From: an uncultured Chthonomonadaceae bacterium
GTDB lineage: Bacteria > Armatimonadota > Chthonomonadetes > Chthonomonadales > Chthonomonadaceae
NCBI GenBank assembly: GCA_963835065.1
Contig: CAWIEK010000015.1
Coordinates: forward strand, 32,001 to 96,000
Reading direction: 5' to 3'
Length of the DNA: 64,000 nucleotides
This document shows positions 29,253-38,654 of this stretch, piece after piece. The notes beneath the pieces were generated by a model. The model made no database searches, was not told the origin of the DNA, and saw only the letters and a program-made list of their open reading frames with translations. Position numbers and translations under genes: made by a program. Each line of letters starts with the position of its first letter. The stretch's first letter is position 1.

Positions 29253-30269
29253 ATGAATTCTCGTTTCGAGTTTGTCACAGTTCCGGCTGCCCGACCGGGA
29301 CAGAAACTATGCGCGGTTGTGGCGGAGGGGCTGTCGCAGCCGCAGAAGCAATTACCCTGCCGCTTCTTTTACGATGCCGCCGGTTCGCAACTGTTCGAGC
29401 GGATTTGCGAACTGCCGGAATATTACCTCACCCGCGCCGAGCGCGCCCTGCTCCAACACCACGCTTCCGACATCATCCGCGCCGCCAAAGCTACGTATCC
29501 GAATATGCCCCTCAGCCTTGTGGAATTCGGCAGCGGCAGTTCCGTAAAGACGCGCCTGTTGCTGGAAGCCGCGCTGGAGCAGCAGCCTGTCTTGCATTAC
29601 ACTTCGATTGATATTTCCAGTGACTTTTTGCGCGATTCCTGCCTGCGCCTGCTGAAAACCTACCCACTGTTGCGCGTTAGCGGGCTGGCGGCGGAATACG
29701 CGGACGCGCTGCCTGCCTTGCCGGAGATAGATGGCCCGCGCCTGTTTCTGTTTTTGGGCAGTAACATCGGCAACTTCACTCCCGAAGAGGCTACCAATTT
29801 TCTTGCGCGACTGCGCGCCGTAATGCGCCGTGAAGACCGGCTGTTGTTGGGTATTGATCTCATCAAAGACCGCAGTGTTCTGGAAGCCGCGTATAACGAT
29901 TCGGCAGGCGTCACCGCGCAGTTTAATAAGAACCTGTTGCGCCGTATCAACAAGGAATTGGGCGCGAACTTTGACATTGACGGCTTTCAGCACCACGCGC
30001 CGTTCGTGGAGGAGCAGGCGCGTATCGAAATGCGACTTGTCAGCCTGCGCGAACAGACGGTAATGGTTGATGCGGTGGAAACCGCGTACCACTTCGACGC
30101 GGGAGAAATCATCCACACAGAAAACAGCCACAAGTACACGCTCGACAGCCTTGCGCGGCTATGTCAGCCCGCCGGCCTGCGCGTACAATCCTGTTGGAAG
30201 GATGAGTACGGGCGGTTCGCCACCGTATTGCTGCGTCCAAGCGCGTGTTACGGGAATACTGAGTCGTGA
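29253..30269 (+). CDS. egtD: L-histidine N-alpha-methyltransferase
   Basis: KQLPCRFFYDAAGSQLFERICELPEYYLTRAE; VEFGSGSSVKT; FLGSNIGNF; AYNDSAGVTAQFNKN; IHTENSHKY. Confidence 0.93.
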   Translation: MNSRFEFVTVPAARPGQKLCAVVAEGLSQPQKQLPCRFFYDAAGSQLFERICELPEYYLTRAERALLQHHASDIIRAAKATYPNMPLSLVEFGSGSSVKTRLLLEAALEQQPVLHYTSIDISSDFLRDSCLRLLKTYPLLRVSGLAAEYADALPALPEIDGPRLFLFLGSNIGNFTPEEATNFLARLRAVMRREDRLLLGIDLIKDRSVLEAAYNDSAGVTAQFNKNLLRRINKELGANFDIDGFQHHAPFVEEQARIEMRLVSLREQTVMVDAVETAYHFDAGEIIHTENSHKYTLDSLARLCQPAGLRVQSCWKDEYGRFATVLLRPSACYGNTES

Positions 30270-31573
30270 ATCAGAAGCAACGTAAACGCGAACTGGCCGA
30301 GGCTCTGGAGCTTTGCCGTGACCGAACGCTGGACTTGCTGGCAGGCGTTCCCGACGATCACCTGAACATTCGGGTTCACGATTTTTACAGTCCGATTGGC
30401 TGGCATTTCGGGCATATCGGGATGACCGAGGAGCATTGGGTTTGCGCCCAAGCCTTGAAGCAAGCGCCGCGTAACCCGGAATACAGTTTCCTGTTCGCCA
30501 ACATTCCCGAAAATCCAAAGGATAACCGCGTTCATCTGCCCTCGCGCGAGGAAATCATCGGCTATCTGAACGCAACGCGCAAAACGGTTGTGAACGCGCT
30601 GAAAACAATTGACCTGGAAACAAACTCGCCCCTGCTTGCGGACGGTTACGCATGGGAGTTCGCGCTGCAGCACGAGTATCAGCATCAGGAAACCATTGCC
30701 GAATTACGGCAGTTGCTTTCACAGCAGTTTTCGGAACGGCAACTGCTTGCGGTCACGGCGCAATACGTTTGCGACATGCCGTTGCCGGTGGAAGAAATCG
30801 CCATTCCCGGCGCAACGTTTTGGATGGGGTCGGACAATCGGCACGATTATGATAACGAGAAATGTGTTCACGAAGTAACGGTTTCCGATTTTAACCTTGA
30901 CAAAACGCCTGTCACCGCCGCGCATTGGGTACAGTTTATGGACGACGGCGGCTACAAACGGCCCGAACTTTGGACGGTGGACGGCTGGAATTGGCGGCAG
31001 GCAGCAGCCATTGAACATCCCGAATACTGGTTCCCGATTAACAAGGGCTATGGCTATTTCTATGCCGGAGGTGTGCGCGGTATGCATCCGCATGAACCCA
31101 TAACAGGCATCAGTTGGCATGAGGCAAACGCTTACGCAAAGTGGGTCGGTAAGCGCCTGCCTACGGAAGCCGAATGGGAGTATGCCGCCGCCTACGATCC
31201 CACAACCGGGCAAATGCGCCGCTATCCCGCCCAGGCTGGGCAAACCGCCCGAGGCTATGCTGATTGCGACAATCACTGTGGTTTTCCTGCCGCAGTGGGC
31301 GACGAGCGCACCCTGAACGCTTTCGGCTTGCGCAACATGGCGGGCAGCGCGTGGGAATGGACGGCGACGCCGTTTCTTCCCTATCCCGGCTTTAGCGCGT
31401 TTCCCTACGACGGCTATTCCAAAGACCACATGGACGGCAGCCACTACGTCTGCCGGGGCGGTTCGTGGGCCACCGCCGCCCCCATTCTGCGCGCCAGTTT
31501 CCGCAACTGGTACGTGCCAACGTACCGGCAGGGATTTCTTGGCGTTCGCTGCGCGAAAAGCGTTGAGAGTTAG
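30266..31573 (+). CDS. egtB: Ergothioneine sulfoxide synthase-like (DinB + FGE-sulfatase)
   Basis: SPIGWHFGH, QHEYQHQET Fe ligands; RLPTEAEWE; WEWT; PYPGF..FPYDGYS; RGGSWAT; FRNWY; coupled to egtD. Confidence 0.85.
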   Translation: MNQKQRKRELAEALELCRDRTLDLLAGVPDDHLNIRVHDFYSPIGWHFGHIGMTEEHWVCAQALKQAPRNPEYSFLFANIPENPKDNRVHLPSREEIIGYLNATRKTVVNALKTIDLETNSPLLADGYAWEFALQHEYQHQETIAELRQLLSQQFSERQLLAVTAQYVCDMPLPVEEIAIPGATFWMGSDNRHDYDNEKCVHEVTVSDFNLDKTPVTAAHWVQFMDDGGYKRPELWTVDGWNWRQAAAIEHPEYWFPINKGYGYFYAGGVRGMHPHEPITGISWHEANAYAKWVGKRLPTEAEWEYAAAYDPTTGQMRRYPAQAGQTARGYADCDNHCGFPAAVGDERTLNAFGLRNMAGSAWEWTATPFLPYPGFSAFPYDGYSKDHMDGSHYVCRGGSWATAAPILRASFRNWYVPTYRQGFLGVRCAKSVES

Positions 31574-31692
31574 AAGTGTTAAGCATTGAGCGATTGTCAG
31601 ACAAAACAAACGGATCAAAATCCTAATACCCAACACCCAACACTAACCATCTAATATCTAATATCTAATATCTATTGCCTAACATCTTCCCC

Positions 31693-32427
31693 ATGATCGA
31701 ACTGAACGGCGTGAGCAAAACTTATGGCGGAACTTACGCCCTCCATCCCGCCGACCTGACGCTGGAAACAAACCGCGTCACGGCGCTGATCGGGCCGAGC
31801 GGGTGCGGCAAATCCACGCTGCTGCGCCTGATTGTCGGCCTGATAGAACCGTCGTCAGGAACAATCCGCGTGGACGGCGTACCGGTCACGGCGAGTAACC
31901 TGCTGGAATTGCGCCGCCGCATGGGGTACGTGATTCAGGACGGCGGCTTGTTTCCCCACCTGACGGCGCGGCAAAACGTTACGCTGCTGGCGACACACCT
32001 ACAGAAGCCTGACGAACAATCTCAAAGCCGAATCCGCGAATTGTGCGACCTGACCCGCTTCCCCGCCGATGGCCTTGACCGCTATCCTGCCGAACTGTCC
32101 GGCGGGCAGCGGCAGCGCGTCAGCCTGATGCGCGCCCTGATGCTCGAACCGGATGTTCTCCTGCTCGACGAACCGATGGGCGCGCTCGATCCTTTAGTCC
32201 GCGCAAGCCTGCAAACCGACCTGAAAACGATTTTTGACGGGCGCAAACAAACCGTTGTTCTGGTCACGCACGACATGGCGGAAGCGGGCTATCTCGCGGA
32301 TCATCTCGTTTTGCTGTCGGAAGGCAAAATCGTGCAGCAGGGCAGCCTGGAAGATCTGCGAGACCGTCCCGCCGCCCCCTTCGTCTCGCAATTTCTGTCC
32401 GCGCAACGCAGCCTTGTGCAGTTATAG
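31693..32427 (+). CDS. ABC transporter ATPase, osmoprotectant/OpuA-like
   Basis: GPSGCGKST, GYVIQDGGLFPH, LSGGQRQR, LLDEP, VTHD. Confidence 0.92.
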   Translation: MIELNGVSKTYGGTYALHPADLTLETNRVTALIGPSGCGKSTLLRLIVGLIEPSSGTIRVDGVPVTASNLLELRRRMGYVIQDGGLFPHLTARQNVTLLATHLQKPDEQSQSRIRELCDLTRFPADGLDRYPAELSGGQRQRVSLMRALMLEPDVLLLDEPMGALDPLVRASLQTDLKTIFDGRKQTVVLVTHDMAEAGYLADHLVLLSEGKIVQQGSLEDLRDRPAAPFVSQFLSAQRSLVQL

Positions 32428-32448
32428 AACATGGAGAGAAGGGGAGAA

Positions 32449-32551
32449 TTTACCACGGATGAAACAGATGAAACAGATGAACACGGATAAAAACAACAAA
32501 CTTCTGAATGAATCCGCGTTCATCCGCGCTATCCGTTTCATCCGTGGTAAA
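32449..32551. repeat. Palindromic element (CCACGGATGAA family)
   Basis: tttaccacggatgaaacagatg... / ...atccgtttcatccgtggtaaa. Confidence 0.8.
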
Positions 32552-34063
32552 TCTTCTTCACGCTTGCTTGTTGGTCCATTTCTTTTGCTTGCTTTGCTGT
32601 TGTTGACGGTAAGTGGCGGGGCGCAGACGATTACGATTGGGTCGAAGAAGGATTCGGAGTCGCATGTGCTGGCGGAAATCGCCCGCAGGCAGATACAGAA
32701 CGCAGGCTTTGCCGACGTACAGCACCTGCCGGGATTGGGCGCGACCGGGATTGTCTGGAACAAACTTAAAAGCGGCGAAATCAGCGCGTACCCGGAATAC
32801 ACCGCCACACTCAGCGAGGAGATTCTCAAACTCAAAGGAACGGTGACCGAGGAGCAGATACGCAGCGCATTGAAAGCCGAAGGCATCGGCATGACGGGCG
32901 ATTTGGGCTTTGACGATAATTACGCCCTCGTGATGCGCAAAGAGCGGGCGCAGGCGTTAGGAATCGCAAAGATCAGCGACCTGAAAGCGCATGAAGATTT
33001 GCATGTTGGCCCGACTTCGGAGTTTCTAAACCGCAAGGATGGCTTTAACGCACTGTGCCAGCGCTATGGCCTGAACTTCTCCGATGTGGCCGCGCTGGAA
33101 CACTCCATCGGCTACGCGAAACTGCGCAGTGACCAGATAGATTTAATGGAGTGTTACACAACCGACCCGGAAATCGCCGAATACAACCTGATTGTTCTCG
33201 ACGATGACCTTCACTTTTTTCCCCGCTACAAAGCCCTGTACGTGTACCGCCTGGAACTGCCGGAAAAAGCGGTCAACGCTTTGAAAGGGCTGGAAGGAAA
33301 AATCAGTCAGGACGCCATTATTCGCCTGAACACGCAGGCGAAGAACATAAAAAAGGATTCGGATTACGCGATTGTGGCGGCGGGCTTTTTCGGCAAGGAA
33401 GCGGTTCAGCAGGCAAGCCGTAATGCGGAAAGCGTTGCGCATTACATTCTGCGGCTTACGGGCGTCCATCTGAAACTGGTGGGCATTTCGCTGCTGCTTG
33501 CCATACTTGTCGGCGTCCCGCTCGGCATTGCGGCAAGCCGCCCCGGTTCCCTGAGTACGATTATCTTAGGCGTGACCGGCATTGTGCAGACGATCCCTTC
33601 CCTCGCGCTGCTGGCCTTCCTGATTCCCATCCCCATCTTAGGCAAAGGCGCAACGACCGCCATCGTCGCCCTGTTCCTGTACAGCCTGCTGCCCATTGTG
33701 CGCAACACGGCAACAGGCTTGCAGAACATTGCCCCTTCCATCCGTGAATCCGCCGCCGCGCTCGGCTTGGAACCATCCGCGCAACTGCGCAAAGTGTTCC
33801 TGCCCATCGCGTCACGCACCATCTTAGCGGGCATCAAAACCAGCGCCATTATCAACGTCGGCACTGCCACCCTTGCCGCCTTCATCGGGTCGGGTGGGTT
33901 AGGCGAACCCATCCAAAGCGGCCTGAGCATCAACAACAACAATTTAATTTTGCAGGGCGCAATTCCCGCCGCCGTCCTCGCGCTGCTCGTACAGGCAGGC
34001 TTCGATCTGCTGGACCGCTTGCTCATCCCACGCGGCCTGCGCCTGCCAGTTAAAACAGAATAA
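32459..34063 (+). CDS. Fused betaine-type substrate-binding protein + permease; start uncertain
   Basis: ITIGSKKDSES; YPEYTAT; GFDDNYAL; LDDDLHFFPRY; permease QTIPSLALL, LLPIVRNT, EAA loop, GGLGEPI. Confidence 0.9.
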   Translation: MKQMKQMNTDKNNKLLNESAFIRAIRFIRGKSSSRLLVGPFLLLALLLLTVSGGAQTITIGSKKDSESHVLAEIARRQIQNAGFADVQHLPGLGATGIVWNKLKSGEISAYPEYTATLSEEILKLKGTVTEEQIRSALKAEGIGMTGDLGFDDNYALVMRKERAQALGIAKISDLKAHEDLHVGPTSEFLNRKDGFNALCQRYGLNFSDVAALEHSIGYAKLRSDQIDLMECYTTDPEIAEYNLIVLDDDLHFFPRYKALYVYRLELPEKAVNALKGLEGKISQDAIIRLNTQAKNIKKDSDYAIVAAGFFGKEAVQQASRNAESVAHYILRLTGVHLKLVGISLLLAILVGVPLGIAASRPGSLSTIILGVTGIVQTIPSLALLAFLIPIPILGKGATTAIVALFLYSLLPIVRNTATGLQNIAPSIRESAAALGLEPSAQLRKVFLPIASRTILAGIKTSAIINVGTATLAAFIGSGGLGEPIQSGLSINNNNLILQGAIPAAVLALLVQAGFDLLDRLLIPRGLRLPVKTE

Positions 34064-34235
34064 ACCACAGAGGCACAGAGACACAGAGGGGTCACAGAGG
34101 GGAAGAAAGAAGAAGAGAAGAAGAGAAGAAAAGGAGATGGGGAACCGCGAAACACACGGAACAAACGAAACAAGACGAAAAGATTCTTCTTTTCTTCTCT
34201 CTGTGATTCCTCTGTGTCTCTGTGCCTCTGTGGTT
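34063..34235. repeat. Palindromic element (CCACAGAG family) with an internal half arm of the ACCGCGAAAC family
   Basis: aaccacagaggcacagagacacagag / ctctgtgtctctgtgcctctgtggtt. Confidence 0.85.
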
Positions 34236-34249
34236 CAATGGAGTTGCTT

Positions 34250-34972
34250 ATGCGTTCAGATAAGATTTCAGCGGCGGAACCCGTTAGCCAGTTGCGGTTT
34301 GTGAAGATTGTGGAGAACGGCGAGGAACTGGTTGATTTTCTGGAATTTTGCCCCGACTTGATGCTGGATCGAGCGCGGTTTCATTACCGGCGCGAAACGT
34401 TGATGCGGCGGAGTTTGGCGGAAAGGCTGTGTCAGGCGAACCGCGCGTTGCCCGCAGGGTATCGGCTTGCCATTATTGAAGGCTGGCGCGCGCCGCACAT
34501 TCAGCGCCGTATGTATCAGGCCACGCGCGCCCGCTTCCAAACCATTCATCCCGACTGGTCGGAAACGCAATTGACGCGAACCGTCAACCGTTTCAGCGCG
34601 CCTCTGAGCAAACAGGTTCCGCCGCCGCATACGACGGGTGGGGCAGTTGATCTGATGCTTGCGGATATGGAAGGGAACGCGCTTGATCATACCAGCCCGT
34701 TTGATCCTTATGACCCGCATAGCGCCTCGTTTGGGGCTTCAGGACTTTCGGATATTGCCCGCAAGCACCGCGACATTCTGGCCGAAGCCTTAATCCCTGC
34801 CGGCATCACCAATTATCCGAGCGAGTTCTGGCACTGGAGTTACGGCGATCAGGGCTGGGCGTATCGGGAGCGGCATCCTCACGCGCTGTATGGAGCCATT
34901 ACGCCGCAAGACTGGCAGCCTGCGCCCGAAGACGACATTGATACGCCTCTGGAAATGTTCGATACTCCGTAG
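34250..34972 (+). CDS. D-Ala-D-Ala dipeptidase (M15D, VanX/DdpX-like)
   Basis: EGWRAP..Q; PPHTTGGAVDL; NYPSEFWHWSYGDQGWA. Confidence 0.87.
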   Translation: MRSDKISAAEPVSQLRFVKIVENGEELVDFLEFCPDLMLDRARFHYRRETLMRRSLAERLCQANRALPAGYRLAIIEGWRAPHIQRRMYQATRARFQTIHPDWSETQLTRTVNRFSAPLSKQVPPPHTTGGAVDLMLADMEGNALDHTSPFDPYDPHSASFGASGLSDIARKHRDILAEALIPAGITNYPSEFWHWSYGDQGWAYRERHPHALYGAITPQDWQPAPEDDIDTPLEMFDTP

Positions 34973-35128
34973 ATTTATATAGCCTCGCCGCGCATTACGG
35001 GAACACCCTGCCTGCCTTCCGCGTCTGCATACCGGCTTGCAGCAAATGCCGCGCAAACCGCGCTCTTGTTAGATTAAACCTTAATCATGGCGCAATCCTG
35101 GCGTATGGGAGTCGGGGAAGGAACGAGT

Positions 35129-35932
35129 ATGAATCAGGCGGACACAATGTTTGTTACGGACACCAACGGGCAGCGCGGCTCTATCGAATCCTTGCCTGAT
35201 GCGCAGAACAATGCCGGAGCGCCGATTACGATACGCCTTGAAAACGGACAGAAGTTTCTCGTGCCGCAATCCGTGCTGACGCAAAGCGCGGACGGTTCCT
35301 ATCATTTGCCGTTTGCCATGTCCGAGTTTCTGACGGCTGGTTCCGGCGTTTCGCCTGCCGTTTCCTCCACCACTTCTGCGCAAACAGCGTCTACTGTCAT
35401 GGCAACAAATGCAGCGACAAACCTGACCGTTGGCGAGGCGTTCGATCTGCAAACGTCGGAGCATCAGCCTCGGACGGAAGTGGATGAGATCGTTATTCCT
35501 GTCGCGGTTGAGCAGATAGCGGTTGACAAGCGGGTTGTGGAAACAGGCACTTTGCGCGTCGTCAAAACAGTCTCCGAAGTTGAGGAAGTCGTGAATGTGC
35601 CACTGATAAGCGATCAGGCGGACGTTCAGCGCGTTACGGTAAATCGCGTACTGGATGCGGCTCCCGAAGTTCGGCGCGAGGGCGACACGCTGATTGTTCC
35701 TCTTTTGGAAGAAGTCCTCGTCGTGGAAAAACGGCTGATGCTGCGGGAAGAACTCCATATCCGCATGAAGCGCGAAGAAACGCAGCATACGCAGCAGGTC
35801 ACGCTCCGGCGTGAAGACGTGCAAATCGAGCGGGTCGCAAGCGATCCGTCTGTGGTGAAGGAAGAACCTGCCATCACCCTCAGCAGCGCCCCGGCTGCCA
35901 CAAGCAGTGAAACGGCAGTAACAGGAGCCTGA
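35129..35932 (+). CDS. YsnF/AvaK (DUF2382) domain protein
   Basis: IPVAVEQIAVDKRVVETG...VPLLEEVLVVEKRLMLREEL...VTLRREDVQIER. Confidence 0.85.
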   Translation: MNQADTMFVTDTNGQRGSIESLPDAQNNAGAPITIRLENGQKFLVPQSVLTQSADGSYHLPFAMSEFLTAGSGVSPAVSSTTSAQTASTVMATNAATNLTVGEAFDLQTSEHQPRTEVDEIVIPVAVEQIAVDKRVVETGTLRVVKTVSEVEEVVNVPLISDQADVQRVTVNRVLDAAPEVRREGDTLIVPLLEEVLVVEKRLMLREELHIRMKREETQHTQQVTLRREDVQIERVASDPSVVKEEPAITLSSAPAATSSETAVTGA

Positions 35933-36085
35933 TACAAGGTTCGCGTTCGTACAACTCAATAACGGCTGACAGGGCTGCTAAAGAAGTTGATAGCTGAAAG
36001 TTCCTAACTACTGGTTCCCTATCAACTATCAACTATCAACTTCAAACGCAACCCCTGGAAGCAATCAGACAATGGAGAATGGTTC

Positions 36086-37222
36086 ATGTCACAAACAGTC
36101 ATCGGTTTATTCGATAGTTTCAGCCAGGCGCAAGCCGCCGTATCCGATCTGGAAGGTATGGGCGTCCCGCAAAGCAGCATCAGCATCGTCGCCAACAATG
36201 CCAACGATGAATATACCACTTGGCGCGACACACAGGGCAAGGACTATGCCCCGTCTCCTGCCGGAAGCGGCGCGAACACGGGCGCGGTTGCGGGCGGTAT
36301 CGGCGGTATCCTGCTTGGCTTGGGACTGCTGGTAATCCCCGGTCTTGGTCCTCTCGCCGCTGCCGGTCCTCTGGTTGCGGGCTTGACCGGCGCGGGTGTC
36401 GGCGCGGCGACGGGCGCGGTTGCAGGTGGATTGGTCGGCGCGCTCACCAATCTGGGCGTTCCCGAAGAACACGCGGGCTATTTCGCGGAAGGCATCCGGC
36501 GGGGCGGTACGCTGGTCACGGTTTCGGCTGCCGACAACATGGTTCAAAGCGCGATTGAGACGCTGAACCGTCACGGCGCGGTGGACATCAACGAGCGCGC
36601 GTCTTACTATCAGCAATCCGGTTACACGGGCTACAACGCGACTGCGCAGCCGTACACCGCCGCCGAATTGACGGCAGAGCGTGAGCGCGTTCGCGCCGCT
36701 ACCATTGCCGCCGCTCCCGTAACAGCCGCGCCGATGACAACCGAACACGTCACGACCAACCGAACTGCTACAGATGTCAGGCAGACGGTAAACGCGCAGG
36801 GCGAAACGGTTCTGCCCGTGATCGAAGAAGAAATCGCGCTCGGCAAGCGGCAGGTGCAAAGCGGCGGCGTCCGCGTGTACACCCGCGTGACGGAAACGCC
36901 CGTGCAGGAAAGCATTAATCTGCGCGAAGAGCATGTCACTATTGATCGCCGCCCCGTGGATCGCGCCGTGCATCCGAGCGACCTGACCGCATTCAAGGAA
37001 GGCGTGATCGAAGTGACGGAAACGGCGGAAGTGCCGGTTGTCGCCAAAGAAGCGCGGATCGTCGAAGAAGTGGTCGTCGGCAAAGCCGCTACGGAGCGGA
37101 CGGAAACGGTTCACGACACCGTTCGCCGCACTGATGTGGAAGTGGAGCAAATCGCCGGTCACACCACAACAACGGGCACGACGCCCAACACGGCGAATGA
37201 AGAACTCCTTCGCCCGGTGTAG
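36086..37222 (+). CDS. General stress protein (YflT-like) fused to YsnF/AvaK domain
   Basis: VIGLFDS..QAQAAV; IPGLGPLAAAGPL; GVPEEHA..FAEGIRRGGTLV; LPVIEEEIALGKRQV...DTVRRTDVEVE. Confidence 0.88.
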   Translation: MSQTVIGLFDSFSQAQAAVSDLEGMGVPQSSISIVANNANDEYTTWRDTQGKDYAPSPAGSGANTGAVAGGIGGILLGLGLLVIPGLGPLAAAGPLVAGLTGAGVGAATGAVAGGLVGALTNLGVPEEHAGYFAEGIRRGGTLVTVSAADNMVQSAIETLNRHGAVDINERASYYQQSGYTGYNATAQPYTAAELTAERERVRAATIAAAPVTAAPMTTEHVTTNRTATDVRQTVNAQGETVLPVIEEEIALGKRQVQSGGVRVYTRVTETPVQESINLREEHVTIDRRPVDRAVHPSDLTAFKEGVIEVTETAEVPVVAKEARIVEEVVVGKAATERTETVHDTVRRTDVEVEQIAGHTTTTGTTPNTANEELLRPV

Positions 37223-37227
37223 TGAGT

Positions 37228-37330
37228 AGATATAAGATACAAGATATAAGATATAAGAAGGACAAGAAAGCGACAAAGGAAAATCTTTAGCCGCATCTTC
37301 TAATATCTTATATCTTGTATCTTATATCTT
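37228..37330. repeat. Inverted heptamer arrays (AGATATA)n/(TATATCT)n
   Basis: Visible tandem heptamers in inverted arrangement. Confidence 0.75.
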
Positions 37331-37392
37331 TTCGCTTATTTTCCTCTAAAAGAACTTCACGAACTTCCTATATTTCGGGTATCCTGCTACAA

Positions 37393-38277
37393 ATGCAGAG
37401 TGAAAATGTCTCCACCTTTCAGGCTTCCCTGGAAACATATACGCAAGAATCGGATGGTTCCGGCTACGCTGTCGTTGCCGGCAAAGAAGCCTCATGGCGG
37501 CAACTGCTGCCGTCGCACCGCTTGCCGGTCATCGCGAAGACGCCGATTCTGGTAGCAGTAGGCGTCTACATGGCAGGCGGGCAGTTCAATCAACTGCGCG
37601 TGGCGCTGACCATGATAGTCACTGCCGCGCTTTGGACGGTTCTCTATGCCATTAACGAGTCTACGGATTTAGCGCGGGAGCATCAGGTTCGGGTGGCAGG
37701 CAAAAAGCGCCTGCTTTTGTTTGGCGCGTGTACTCTCGTTTGCGCCGGCGCGTTCTGGCTGTCGCCACTGGCAGGCGGGGTGTGCCTGCTGATGGCAGGC
37801 GGACAATTGGCGTACTGTGAGCCACCAGTTCGGCTCAAGCGGTTTTGGTGGGCCGTGCTGCTGCTGAGTGGGATGCTGAATCCCTTTTTGCGGCTGCAAT
37901 GTGGGGCGCTATTAGGGAATCATGCGATTTCCACCCTGACCTATCTGGTGTTCGTAAGCCTGCATTTAGGGGCGTCCATCCGTTCACGGGTGCTGCAAAG
38001 ACAACGGGATCGGAAACTGGGTTATCAGGTCGCGCCGCCGCGTATCGAATGGGCGGGAATGGCGTGTACCGGGGTCGGATTGGCGGGCGCGTATGCGCTG
38101 TGCTGGCAGGGCGTTTTGCCGCATATCTTTGTGCTGTTCGTGACTATCGCTACCGTCTTTTCCGTTTACGCCTGGTCCAATCATGTTACCAGCGTATCCC
38201 GTCTGCGGCAGGGCTGGCTCTGGTTCGCCATCCTCGCCCTCGTCGCCTTCGCCCTGCTCTACTTCAACAGGTCATAG
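37393..38277 (+). CDS. UbiA prenyltransferase-like membrane protein (degenerate motifs)
   Basis: Multi-TM; YAINESTDL; LAYCEPPVRLKR. Confidence 0.6.
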   Translation: MQSENVSTFQASLETYTQESDGSGYAVVAGKEASWRQLLPSHRLPVIAKTPILVAVGVYMAGGQFNQLRVALTMIVTAALWTVLYAINESTDLAREHQVRVAGKKRLLLFGACTLVCAGAFWLSPLAGGVCLLMAGGQLAYCEPPVRLKRFWWAVLLLSGMLNPFLRLQCGALLGNHAISTLTYLVFVSLHLGASIRSRVLQRQRDRKLGYQVAPPRIEWAGMACTGVGLAGAYALCWQGVLPHIFVLFVTIATVFSVYAWSNHVTSVSRLRQGWLWFAILALVAFALLYFNRS

Positions 38278-38283
38278 GAATTC

Positions 38284-38643
38284 ACCACCCGCTGCGCTAG
38301 AGACACAGAGAGAAGAGAAGAAAAGGAGAAGAGGAGAGGGGAAGGTAAGGAACCGCAAAACACACGAAATAAACGAAAAAAGACGAAAAGAAGAAAGACG
38401 AAAAGAACCAGGCAAGTCACCAGAGGCCACCGCATCTTCAGGACAAGCAAGGTTCCCTCTCTACCGTAATCCTGTTTAATCCTTCTAATCCCCTTAATCC
38501 TGTCTATTTCCTCTTGTTCTTTTTGCATTTTCTTTTCGTTTAGTTCGTGTGTTTCGCGGTTCCCTCTCCTCTTCTCCTTTTCTTCTTTTCTTCTCTTCTT
38601 TTTTCCCTCTCTGTGTCTCTGTGTCTCTAGCGTAGCGGGTGGT
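38284..38643. repeat. Nested composite palindromic element
   Basis: Outer accacccgctgcgctagagacacagag/ctctgtgtctctagcgtagcgggtggt; inner aaccgcaaaacacacgaaataaacgaaaa/ttttcgtttagttcgtgtgtttcgcggtt; central taatcc(t) repeats. Confidence 0.85.
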
Positions 38644-38654
38644 TCATTTTCATT

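Noticed and set aside
34250..34972. Vancomycin resistance cluster
   Set aside because: Only a lone D,D-dipeptidase is present; no vanA/vanH ligase-dehydrogenase nearby
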